Virus record (IMG/VR): IMGVR_UViG_3300020183_000010
DNA: 64,000 nucleotides
Source of the DNA: a virus
Direction: 5' to 3' (one strand)
Part shown: piece after piece, positions 56,382 to 64,000 of the stretch
Layout of the letters: each line of letters begins with the position of its first letter
Position numbering within the stretch: position 1 is the first letter of the stretch
Made by a program: the position numbers and the translations under genes
The notes under the pieces: generated by a model
The model's database searches: none
The model's input: only the letters and a program-made list of their open reading frames with translations
What the model was told of the DNA's origin: nothing

Positions 56382-57140
56382 ATGGTTGCTGATCAAATAC
56401 AAGAATTAGTAGGATATCTCTCAGAAAAAAAGAAAGTTCTTTTCTTGACTACATCAAATAGATGGGAAGAAAGCAAAGAAATACCTAAATCTACTTTACT
56501 AGCTATGGATATAAAATCCAGACTAGATTCATCTACTGATGTTACACTACTAGAAATTCCAAAATTAAAAATATACCCATGTGAAGGGAATGTATCAGGA
56601 AAGGACGGGAACAATTGCGGGATAAAGGATTCATTATTAAAGGACGAGGATAAGGATCCCTCTGGATATCATAGATGCTGGGCATCGCTGAACAACGAGG
56701 ACGATGAATTATGGAAAGTTACTAAAGAACTTTTTGAAGCAGATGCTGTTATTTTCTTTATAAGTGTAAGATGGGGACAGGCTAATGCTTTTTACCAAAA
56801 ACTTATTGAGAGATTAAATTGGATAGAAAATAGACATACTACACTAGGAGAAAATAATATAATATCTAACATAGATGCAGGGTGTATTATATTAGGGCAG
56901 AACTGGAATGGTGAACAAGTTTTAGAAACCCAAAAGCAGGTATATGAATTTTATGGATTTAACGTTCCTGATGAGTTATCTCTCTATTGGCAGTATACTC
57001 AAGATTCCAACGATGAAACTCAAGAATCATATAAGAATGCGCCTAAAGTTTTTGGAAAAGAGTTCGAAATATCTATAACTAGGTTAAAAGAATCTCTAAT
57101 GAGGGGATTTAGAAATATTAAAAGATTAACAGATTTCTAA
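56382..57140 (+). CDS. flavodoxin-like NAD(P)H-dependent FMN reductase / iron-sulfur flavoprotein family
   Basis: TTSNR...KST, IYPCEG, DDEL, ADAVIF..SVRWG, KLIERL. Confidence 0.7.
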   Translation: MVADQIQELVGYLSEKKKVLFLTTSNRWEESKEIPKSTLLAMDIKSRLDSSTDVTLLEIPKLKIYPCEGNVSGKDGNNCGIKDSLLKDEDKDPSGYHRCWASLNNEDDELWKVTKELFEADAVIFFISVRWGQANAFYQKLIERLNWIENRHTTLGENNIISNIDAGCIILGQNWNGEQVLETQKQVYEFYGFNVPDELSLYWQYTQDSNDETQESYKNAPKVFGKEFEISITRLKESLMRGFRNIKRLTDF

Positions 57141-57538
57141 TAGGGAAATTTTATTCCACCTAGCGCTTTCCAGACATCCCTTACCTTTTCTTCAAAGAAA
57201 GATATATTAAATTCTGCGCTTTCCGCAGTCTTAAAATCCCATTGTATTGTCTCCAGACCTATGATACCTACACCAGCATTTAGCTGAACTTCAAATGAGA
57301 ATTCAAAAAATTGTGGATTTGGTACTATTCCGTCAAGATCACAACAATAACAATATATGGTATAATCAGAAGATTCATCGGAACTAAAATCCTTGAAATA
57401 AGCATCGTAACAAATTTCACCCTTTATAGGTTTTCCATCAAATTTTCTGTATCCCAGTTCTACAAGTTTTTTTCTAAAACTGTCAGATACTTCAGAGGTT
57501 CCTTTTTTTATATTATTTATAGAGAGAGAATTTTCCAT
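57137..57538 (-). CDS. hypothetical protein
   Basis: 133-aa ORF. Confidence 0.55.
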   Translation of the reverse strand: MENSLSINNIKKGTSEVSDSFRKKLVELGYRKFDGKPIKGEICYDAYFKDFSSDESSDYTIYCYCCDLDGIVPNPQFFEFSFEVQLNAGVGIIGLETIQWDFKTAESAEFNISFFEEKVRDVWKALGGIKFPY

Positions 57539-58184
57539 CTTCGTATAATACTTCTATTGGATTGTTTACTGGGCTATACCTTCTATTTAAAAGGCTACAG
57601 TTTATGTAAAGGCTCTTGTCGTCTTCGTGTGTACCATATCCCTCGTGTATGTGTCCGAAAGCATTTATTTTAGGGTTTACCCTCTTTATTGCTTTATATA
57701 AATCTTCACATCCTACATCCTCGCCTTCCAATACCATAGATAAATAATTTTCCATGTATGCTGGAGGCCCATGAGTTAATAATACATCGATTCCTTCTGG
57801 AATTTTATTCCAATGCTGTTCTATGGATGATCCTCTGAATCTATTAAAAGCCCAGTTATGAAAGTAAGGAGTTATAGGGGATCCCCAGAATTTAATACCT
57901 TCTATCTCTACACCACTGTCTATAAGTAAATGTATATTCCTAGACTCACAATAATTTTTTGCTGAATCGTAATATTCTTCAAAGAAAAAGTCGTGATTAC
58001 CAGGAATTATAATTTTATGCTTATGTGGTAATTCGGAATACCAGTTTAAAAAATTTTCAACCTCACTTTTATATCCTCTGCTTGAAACGTCTCCACAATG
58101 AATAATAAAATCCCCCTCCGGTATACTAAATCTCTCATGTAGAGTGTGAGTGTCAGATATAAATACTAATTTCATAATACTCAA
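57513..58184 (-). CDS. calcineurin-like metallophosphoesterase
   Basis: ISDTH, HCGD, GNHD, LLTHGPP, FGHIHEGYG. Confidence 0.92.
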   Translation of the reverse strand: MSIMKLVFISDTHTLHERFSIPEGDFIIHCGDVSSRGYKSEVENFLNWYSELPHKHKIIIPGNHDFFFEEYYDSAKNYCESRNIHLLIDSGVEIEGIKFWGSPITPYFHNWAFNRFRGSSIEQHWNKIPEGIDVLLTHGPPAYMENYLSMVLEGEDVGCEDLYKAIKRVNPKINAFGHIHEGYGTHEDDKSLYINCSLLNRRYSPVNNPIEVLYEDGKFSLYK

Positions 58185-58218
58185 GGTAGATAATTATTTA
58201 TATATAAAAAAATGATAA

Positions 58219-58380
58219 TCAAGACTTAGACGATTCTTCTAAGATATCTGATATTTGTAAATAAGATTTTTTCTTATAGATTTCCATAAGAAGCTCGAAT
58301 TTCATCGCGTCTTCTAACGTTTCGATTTTAATATCATTAAGATGAGAAATACAAGAAGGTAGTTCTATTGAGTTTTCCAT
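58219..58380 (-). CDS. small hypothetical protein (53 aa), not in the ORF track
   Basis: MENSIELPSCISHLNDIKIETLEDAMKFELL...; candidate promoter upstream. Confidence 0.45.
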   Translation of the reverse strand: MENSIELPSCISHLNDIKIETLEDAMKFELLMEIYKKKSYLQISDILEESSKS

Positions 58381-58459
58381 TTTAAATCTTTTAATATTTT
58401 TATAGACTAACGTTGTGTTAGTTTCGGAACAAAATGTAATTGTCTGGGTATGACTTTAT

Positions 58460-58771
58460 ATGATTGAAGAAATAGAAATGATAAACAAAGTTAATCCAGA
58501 TCATTTAGAAGAATGGCTAATAAAAAATCCAGGAAAAGTTTATAAAAGATCTGTTGAAACTGCTCTTTATTTAGCTAAGAACAAGGATATTATTGAAGAG
58601 TCTTTTATGGAGTTTACCTGGGAGGATGAGGTCTATTCTAAAATATACATGAAACGAAGTGACATACCTAAAGCAATGGATAAAGCTATAGAATATTTTG
58701 TGAATATGGAGCTTTATGAGTATGCACAAATGGCTAAAGATGCTAAAGAACATCTCCAAAACCACCCTTAA
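58460..58771 (+). CDS. hypothetical protein with UVR-like C-terminal motif
   Basis: MDKAIEYFVNMELYEYAQMAKD. Confidence 0.6.
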   Translation: MIEEIEMINKVNPDHLEEWLIKNPGKVYKRSVETALYLAKNKDIIEESFMEFTWEDEVYSKIYMKRSDIPKAMDKAIEYFVNMELYEYAQMAKDAKEHLQNHP

Positions 58772-58886
58772 TTGATGTTTTTTTATTGAAAATGATAAAA
58801 AAGTTGCATTTATATTTTTTTTATTAACAATAAGATGTTAATTTAGCAGTATTAAAGGTTACTAAGTTTAACTAAAATTTTAAAAG

Positions 58887-59093
58887 ATGTTATCAAAAGG
58901 TTCCTCAAGAAATGAGGGAATTAACGTAAGAGATGAAAAAGAATTTAAACTTTGGGTTAAATTCATAGCATCTATCCAGAAAGATGGCGGAAATATAAGC
59001 AAGCCACTGGAGATACTCTGGAATAGCGTAAAAGAAGAATTTGATTTATTAGAGAAAAAATCTAAAGGTAGAAGTAAGATGTACCAATCATAA
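58887..59093 (+). CDS. hypothetical protein
   Basis: 68-aa ORF. Confidence 0.5.
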   Translation: MLSKGSSRNEGINVRDEKEFKLWVKFIASIQKDGGNISKPLEILWNSVKEEFDLLEKKSKGRSKMYQS

Positions 59094-59636
59094 TTAGTCG
59101 GTAAATCCACCAACTTTAATACCATTAGATAAATTATCAAATGATATTTCAGGATCTGAATCGTCGTATTTGTAGTCTAAAATACTTATAACTTCCTTTC
59201 TAGAAAAAATAGCATTCACTTTTCTTTTTCTTTTTATAAAGGTCGACATAAAGTTATTTATAAAATCTACCCTTCTTAAATATGCTATGGGATATTCTAT
59301 TTTAGATACCTCATTAATAGACGAAATAAATAAATCCTGATTTTTAAAAGTAGATCCTGGTGTCATAACTAGAACGTAAGGGGTATCTATAAGATCCAAA
59401 GCATTTTTTATAGTTTCGCCTTCCTCCATTTTAAGTGTTTCGATTTTAAGAATCCTTATGAATTCAGATGATGCTTGTGATGCGTACTGATAAGATCCAT
59501 CTACTGAACCGAAATCAAGAACCAAGACCCTAGTGTTTTTAACCTTCGTTTTTTTAATTATGTCTTCTATAGTTTTTTTAAGAGATATTACCGAGTTTTT
59601 ACACGGAATAACTATTGTTAAAAGATTGCTTATCAT
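59094..59636 (-). CDS. glycosyltransferase family 2-like protein, possibly degenerate
   Basis: LTIVIPCKN, VLDFGSVDGS, TPYVL; DxD motif absent. Confidence 0.6.
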   Translation of the reverse strand: MISNLLTIVIPCKNSVISLKKTIEDIIKKTKVKNTRVLVLDFGSVDGSYQYASQASSEFIRILKIETLKMEEGETIKNALDLIDTPYVLVMTPGSTFKNQDLFISSINEVSKIEYPIAYLRRVDFINNFMSTFIKRKRKVNAIFSRKEVISILDYKYDDSDPEISFDNLSNGIKVGGFTD

Positions 59637-59641
59637 TTATT

Positions 59642-59962
59642 TTAGTAATTAAAAAATATGTAGTGGATAAAAAAAGATACACCCCACACAAATAATATTC
59701 TAAAAAGTCTATTTGCACTGGAAGATAAAAGGGATTCCATCAATGGTTTTTCCTCTCCCTCATGATCTATTCTAATTCTGTTTCTTGTTATCATTATTAT
59801 AAAACTAATTCCTAAAATTTGATAATAATGAAATGAAGATAGGTATGGAATTTCATATAAACTTATTATTGAATATATTGCTAATGCCTCTAACATCGAT
59901 AAAGGAAGAGATATTATTAAGGATAAAGAAATAGCAGAGAATAATTTTTTTATAAATTCCAT
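59642..59962 (-). CDS. membrane protein
   Basis: Three hydrophobic segments. Confidence 0.6.
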   Translation of the reverse strand: MEFIKKLFSAISLSLIISLPLSMLEALAIYSIISLYEIPYLSSFHYYQILGISFIIMITRNRIRIDHEGEEKPLMESLLSSSANRLFRILFVWGVSFFIHYIFFNY

Positions 59963-59972
59963 AATGTATATA

Positions 59973-60386
59973 TTAAACAGTATGAGGTATTTTAGTTCTT
60001 GTGCAATTTTGAACTAGCCTCTTATTTTTAAGATAATTATTTATGTACCCCATAATATTTGCTGATCCTATAGGATTAGCGCTATGAGTTAATACCAAAG
60101 GAAGATCGATGTCTTTTTCCATACTTTGTTCGACTAACCATTTAGCACAATCGTACCCGGTTCTCTCATGTATATTTTCATAATTCAAGATGTAATTTGT
60201 TTTTACATTCTTAAAATATTCCTTTATTGCTGTTTCTCCTAGATCATGATCTAGAGATATCATATAAATGTTTTCTAAGCCTATTTCAGAGACTTTATTT
60301 ACAAAATCATTATAATCCCTACAAATTACCCAATCGTTCTCTATAGGGGTTCTAACGTCATCTAGGTATATCCTTAATTTTTCCAT
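59973..60386 (-). CDS. cyclic-phosphate processing receiver-domain protein
   Basis: IYLDDVRTP, ISLDHDLG, TGYDCAKWL, HSANPIG. Confidence 0.8.
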   Translation of the reverse strand: MEKLRIYLDDVRTPIENDWVICRDYNDFVNKVSEIGLENIYMISLDHDLGETAIKEYFKNVKTNYILNYENIHERTGYDCAKWLVEQSMEKDIDLPLVLTHSANPIGSANIMGYINNYLKNKRLVQNCTRTKIPHTV

Positions 60387-60392
60387 TTTATT

Positions 60393-60812
60393 TTATTTAG
60401 TATCGGGATCCGGTTGCTCACCTATAATCCTATTTATTCTATTTCTACCCTTTTCACCTATTGGAATAGGATTTCCTTCCTCATCTATATGAACAAAAGT
60501 TATATGTGTCTTTAAAACTAATACCTGTTTACCTGTATAAACATTATGTGCTCTAGCTTCCATGTAAAGTGTAACTGAACAATTACCAACTTTAGTTGGA
60601 TTACCATATATTTTAAGGAGCTGACTTTCTCTAGCCGGTTTTTCAAAATTACACTTATCTATAGAGACTGTAACTACTCTAGGACTATCACAAAGCTGCA
60701 TACAATATCCAGCTGCTGCAGCGTCTATCCAAGCTAAAAGTTTTCCACCGAATAGATTTCCATGGAATCCTAGGTCTGATTTTTTAATAGGATGTGTGTT
60801 TAGTAGTTCCAT
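60393..60812 (-). CDS. acyl-CoA thioesterase (HotDog fold, YciA-like)
   Basis: DLGFHGNLFGGKLLAWID, VVTVSID, F.KP, VG..S, TFVHIDEEG.P. Confidence 0.85.
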   Translation of the reverse strand: MELLNTHPIKKSDLGFHGNLFGGKLLAWIDAAAAGYCMQLCDSPRVVTVSIDKCNFEKPARESQLLKIYGNPTKVGNCSVTLYMEARAHNVYTGKQVLVLKTHITFVHIDEEGNPIPIGEKGRNRINRIIGEQPDPDTK

Positions 60813-61012
60813 TATTTTACTGATAAGTAGTTTTTTCCGTTTATATTTTTTATTGTCCAATCTATGTTAGGATCTAATGGTAGATCAACCTTCATTGATT
60901 TTTTTAATTCTTCATCTCTCCTTATTCTTTCATCTTCCTCTCTCCTTGCCAAGGCACCCATTGGCTTTGAATCGGTTTTTTCTGGCGTAATAGGAGGATA
61001 TTTCTTTTTCAC
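60812..61012 (-). CDS. hypothetical protein
   Basis: 66-aa ORF, GTG start, coupled to thioesterase. Confidence 0.45.
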   Translation of the reverse strand: MKKKYPPITPEKTDSKPMGALARREEDERIRRDEELKKSMKVDLPLDPNIDWTIKNINGKNYLSVK

Positions 61013-61016
61013 TTTA

Positions 61017-61397
61017 TTATATTTTATTTAGTTCCCAGCATATCTCAGTAAGCAGATAATTTCTACTTTCTTGATCTTTTAATAAATCAGATATAATTTC
61101 TTCCTTGTGTTTTTGCGAATAATTATCTTCCCCGTAATCAACAATATCCCAATGATTTAGATATGCTAGCCTTACAAATTCATTATAATCACTATTTTCT
61201 ATTTTCCCTTTTAATGGTACTACTCTCCCAACACAGCTATGCAAAGAAAATACTCTTCCGTCATATAGAAGCCAATAATAATCAATATCATCTTCAACAA
61301 CGCCAACTAATCTTTTTACCCTCCAATCTAAATCGATTACAAATTGTCCTTTTAAAGACTCAAATTCTTCAATTATTCTTTTCTTATTGTCAGTCAT
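61017..61397 (-). CDS. hypothetical protein
   Basis: 126-aa ORF in tightly packed small-gene array. Confidence 0.6.
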   Translation of the reverse strand: MTDNKKRIIEEFESLKGQFVIDLDWRVKRLVGVVEDDIDYYWLLYDGRVFSLHSCVGRVVPLKGKIENSDYNEFVRLAYLNHWDIVDYGEDNYSQKHKEEIISDLLKDQESRNYLLTEICWELNKI

Positions 61398-61584
61398 TTT
61401 TTGGCTTAATAGTGACGTTTAAAACAGGAGTCATGGAAGGTTCTGATATAGTTTGAATGCTATGTATTCTATTTTTATCTATAGCGAAACAATCTTCCAT
61501 ATATTGAAATCCCTCCTCCATTGTTTTTAAAGCTGACATTTCCATCAGAACCTCTCTGCTTATTTTAAATGATATTTTATTCAT
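61390..61584 (-). CDS. hypothetical protein
   Basis: 64-aa overlapping ORF. Confidence 0.5.
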   Translation of the reverse strand: MNKISFKISREVLMEMSALKTMEEGFQYMEDCFAIDKNRIHSIQTISEPSMTPVLNVTIKPKND

Positions 61585-61888
61585 ATTCCTTTTGCGTTAT
61601 TTTTTCCATTTCTTCTCTAAACATAGGAAAAATGAATTCCTCTGCTATTTTATCCCCGTAAGGACTGTGCATATCCTCACATAGTTGACATGATATAAAA
61701 ATATTCTTAGTTCCTATTCCTTCCCATTTTATTTCGGTATTAACACCTAATGCTCCATGGGGTAAGAATTCAGTAGGCTCTGTTCTAGACATTTCGTCGT
61801 CTAAGATATTAACAGTAACCCCTTCGATTGTGTTTTGAATAATCTTAATTCCAGATCTAATAACTGGAGAAATTTTTCGATTTTCCAT
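61577..61888 (-). CDS. hypothetical protein
   Basis: 103-aa ORF. Confidence 0.55.
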   Translation of the reverse strand: MENRKISPVIRSGIKIIQNTIEGVTVNILDDEMSRTEPTEFLPHGALGVNTEIKWEGIGTKNIFISCQLCEDMHSPYGDKIAEEFIFPMFREEMEKITQKEYE

Positions 61889-62140
61889 TTATTTTTGTTT
61901 TATTGAATCATATTTCATTCCCCAGAACTTTATTTCTATTTCTCTTTCAGAAATTTCATCTTCCAGTATTTCTACCTCAGATTCTAGTTCATCTATTCTT
62001 AGCTGTTTCTCTTTTAATTTTTTTGTTAGTTCTTGATTTTCTTTTTCTGTTCCCATTCTTCTATAAGAACTAAAAACGATTAAGGAACCAGTTAAAATTA
62101 AAAGTAAACCATAAATAATTAATCTTCTACCTTCTTGCAT
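61889..62140 (-). CDS. small TM plus coiled-coil protein
   Basis: N-terminal TM helix followed by heptad-rich segment. Confidence 0.55.
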   Translation of the reverse strand: MQEGRRLIIYGLLLILTGSLIVFSSYRRMGTEKENQELTKKLKEKQLRIDELESEVEILEDEISEREIEIKFWGMKYDSIKQK

Positions 62141-62142
62141 AT

Positions 62143-62382
62143 TTAATAAATTTTAATTGTTGAATGTTCAATAACTCTGACAAATCTTTTGTCAATTTGA
62201 TAATATTCTTCAAGAACTTTATCAAGAAGAGATTCTTTAGTTTCCTCAATGTAATCATAAGTTACACTGCCATAACCCATATTGATAGTATAAGTAATGT
62301 CCCTCCATCTAAAGAATCCTTTTCTTTGCATAGAGTATTTGTTTTCTCCATGCTGAATAAATCTTATTTTAATCGTTTTCAT
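62143..62382 (-). CDS. hypothetical protein
   Basis: 79-aa ORF. Confidence 0.55.
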   Translation of the reverse strand: MKTIKIRFIQHGENKYSMQRKGFFRWRDITYTINMGYGSVTYDYIEETKESLLDKVLEEYYQIDKRFVRVIEHSTIKIY

Positions 62383-62620
62383 TCTCTTTCTTAAAATATT
62401 CTCTTATCTTATTGTCATGTTCTGAATTAATTTCATCAAGTAGATCTGAAATCATCCTTAGAGCATAGGAACTCCAAAATCCATTAGATTGAGTAAGGTG
62501 TTCAAAATAGTAATAGCCATCAACGTCCATTATAGCATATCCTATATGCCTCTTACCATCAAATATTATTTTAAAATGATGTTCACCTATTCTTTCAGTT
62601 GTTAATTTTTCAACCGGCAT
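62369..62620 (-). CDS. hypothetical protein
   Basis: 83-aa ORF; MDVDGYYYF. Confidence 0.55.
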   Translation of the reverse strand: MPVEKLTTERIGEHHFKIIFDGKRHIGYAIMDVDGYYYFEHLTQSNGFWSSYALRMISDLLDEINSEHDNKIREYFKKENEND

Positions 62621-62918
62621 TTATTTTATTTTTTATTATATCAACATATCCTTCCAATAGCATCATCTTTCTTTTAAGGCCCACCTTCATATCTGCTAGT
62701 AATCTTAGATATTCATCGAAGTCTTCAATAAGCCTTTCTTCCTTCTCGTATTCACTCTCGATGTCAATATCAGGAAAAGTATTTAGAATCGCATTTATTT
62801 TTCTTTGTGACAAGTTAGAAAATTTTTTATTAAAAACTGTTCTTTCCCATTCTTCAAAAGATATTTTAGAATCTGATTCAAATAGATAATTCTCGTACTG
62901 CTGTCTTAGTGTTGCCAT
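62610..62918 (-). CDS. hypothetical protein
   Basis: 102-aa ORF. Confidence 0.55.
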   Translation of the reverse strand: MATLRQQYENYLFESDSKISFEEWERTVFNKKFSNLSQRKINAILNTFPDIDIESEYEKEERLIEDFDEYLRLLADMKVGLKRKMMLLEGYVDIIKNKINAG

Positions 62919-62924
62919 ATATTT

Positions 62925-63173
62925 TTAAATCTTTGAAATATAAATTAATGATGCTCCTATGAAATATCCAACCCCTGAAGCTAAAGCCATTTTTATTCTT
63001 TCTTTCCAAGTTTTAGATTCAACCATATATCCAACGAAAGGTAAACCTAAGAATGGCCCTATAAATGCCCAAAATATCATAGACACACTTCTTTCCGCAA
63101 CAGTCGCAATATACATTGTTGATGCTGTTTCTAAAATGAATGCCGCTAGACCTATAATAAAGTATTTTTTCAT
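62925..63173 (-). CDS. small membrane protein
   Basis: Three hydrophobic segments. Confidence 0.55.
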   Translation of the reverse strand: MKKYFIIGLAAFILETASTMYIATVAERSVSMIFWAFIGPFLGLPFVGYMVESKTWKERIKMALASGVGYFIGASLIYISKI

Positions 63174-63247
63174 TAATTGGAAAGAGGTATTTTTATAGGT
63201 GGATGATATTTATTTTCATATCTATAACCATCATCTATGAGATTTTT

Positions 63248-64000
63248 TCATTTCTTATTTTTCTTTATTTCTATTTTTTCAATGATTAGATCTCCTGTGT
63301 GTCTTCCGTTGTGTTTATAGATTTGAATCTTATTGATCTTTGAATAAGGGATTTCATATTCAAAGATAAATGTCGGTCGACCTTTGCTAGTTAACTGAGT
63401 ACAACAGCCTTTAGCACAACTTTTGCCTGACATCTTATGATCTGTTCCAAAGAAGTTCATGAATCCTGCAAACTCGCCGTCTGCTGGACTAAATTCATTT
63501 TTATTGTTCACGTACACCTCATAGATTCCATGAGGTAATTTTGTGTAAGAAACGGTTAGTACAAGCTTTAACTTTGCTGGGTGATTACCTGTCAAGTGAA
63601 GCTGAGTTACCACATCGGTTATTTGATTGTTTACTCTAGTCGGTATAGATGTTGAGGCAATGACTGTTTCAGGAAAAGATTTCATAACTTGGGGAGTCGG
63701 TTTTGATTTAACCTTAGTGTCGTCAAAATCATAGTCCATTGAATAAATGATTTCCATCACCTGTTCTGGAGTATAGGTGATCTTTTTTCCGTTTTCGTCA
63801 AAAAAGGTGTACGGCCATTCAATCTCCTTAAGTTCTTCAATTGTTACCATCTTACCATTAGGTGAATTTGTCCATTGTTGCCAAATTCTGTCAATCTGAG
63901 AGTGATGAGTCCAAAAGACGGGATCAAAACCAGCGGTCGGAACCCAACCCATAAGCCCAGTTTTTGTGATTGTTCCAGTGATTGGATTATTGAACTTGAG
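63248..64000 (-). CDS. tyrosinase / polyphenol oxidase, C-terminal part (start lies beyond the window)
   Basis: CuB motif TAGFDPVFWTHHSQIDRIWQQW; frame open to position 64000. Confidence 0.85.
   Translation of the reverse strand, partial: LKFNNPITGTITKTGLMGWVPTAGFDPVFWTHHSQIDRIWQQWTNSPNGKMVTIEELKEIEWPYTFFDENGKKITYTPEQVMEIIYSMDYDFDDTKVKSKPTPQVMKSFPETVIASTSIPTRVNNQITDVVTQLHLTGNHPAKLKLVLTVSYTKLPHGIYEVYVNNKNEFSPADGEFAGFMNFFGTDHKMSGKSCAKGCCTQLTSKGRPTFIFEYEIPYSKINKIQIYKHNGRHTGDLIIEKIEIKKNKK

Overview
AT-rich segment of a large T4-like (myovirus, probably jumbo) bacteriophage genome, almost all on the minus strand, standard genetic code. The scarcity of Shine-Dalgarno sites, A-rich leaders and a GTTCTTT(G/A)A boxA variant point tentatively to a Bacteroidota host. 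Positions 1-38 kb are the conserved core: replication and recombination (RNase H-like exonuclease, clamp loader, ligase, gp46/47, gp41 helicase, UvsX), two sigma factors (gp55-like and ECF) and virion assembly (two tandem portal paralogs, two tail tubes, a very large sheath, terminase, neck, tail terminator, baseplate hub). Positions 38-64 kb are accessory: a dCMP-hydroxymethylase-like enzyme, IMPDH/GMP reductase, SET domain, rhomboid, tyrosinase, about 11 proteins with a T4 capsid-targeting-like N-terminal peptide, six tRNA genes and RNA-repair-type genes. The most notable signals: (1) a Ro60/TROVE gene preceded by a promoter, a boxA, three structurally conserved Y-RNA-like units and a terminator; (2) leader-peptide/antiterminator/terminator/boxA attenuators, one directly ahead of the tRNA cluster; (3) two candidate programmed frameshifts; (4) two promoter classes that match the two phage sigma factors. 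All assignments are from motif recognition by eye; no searches were run.
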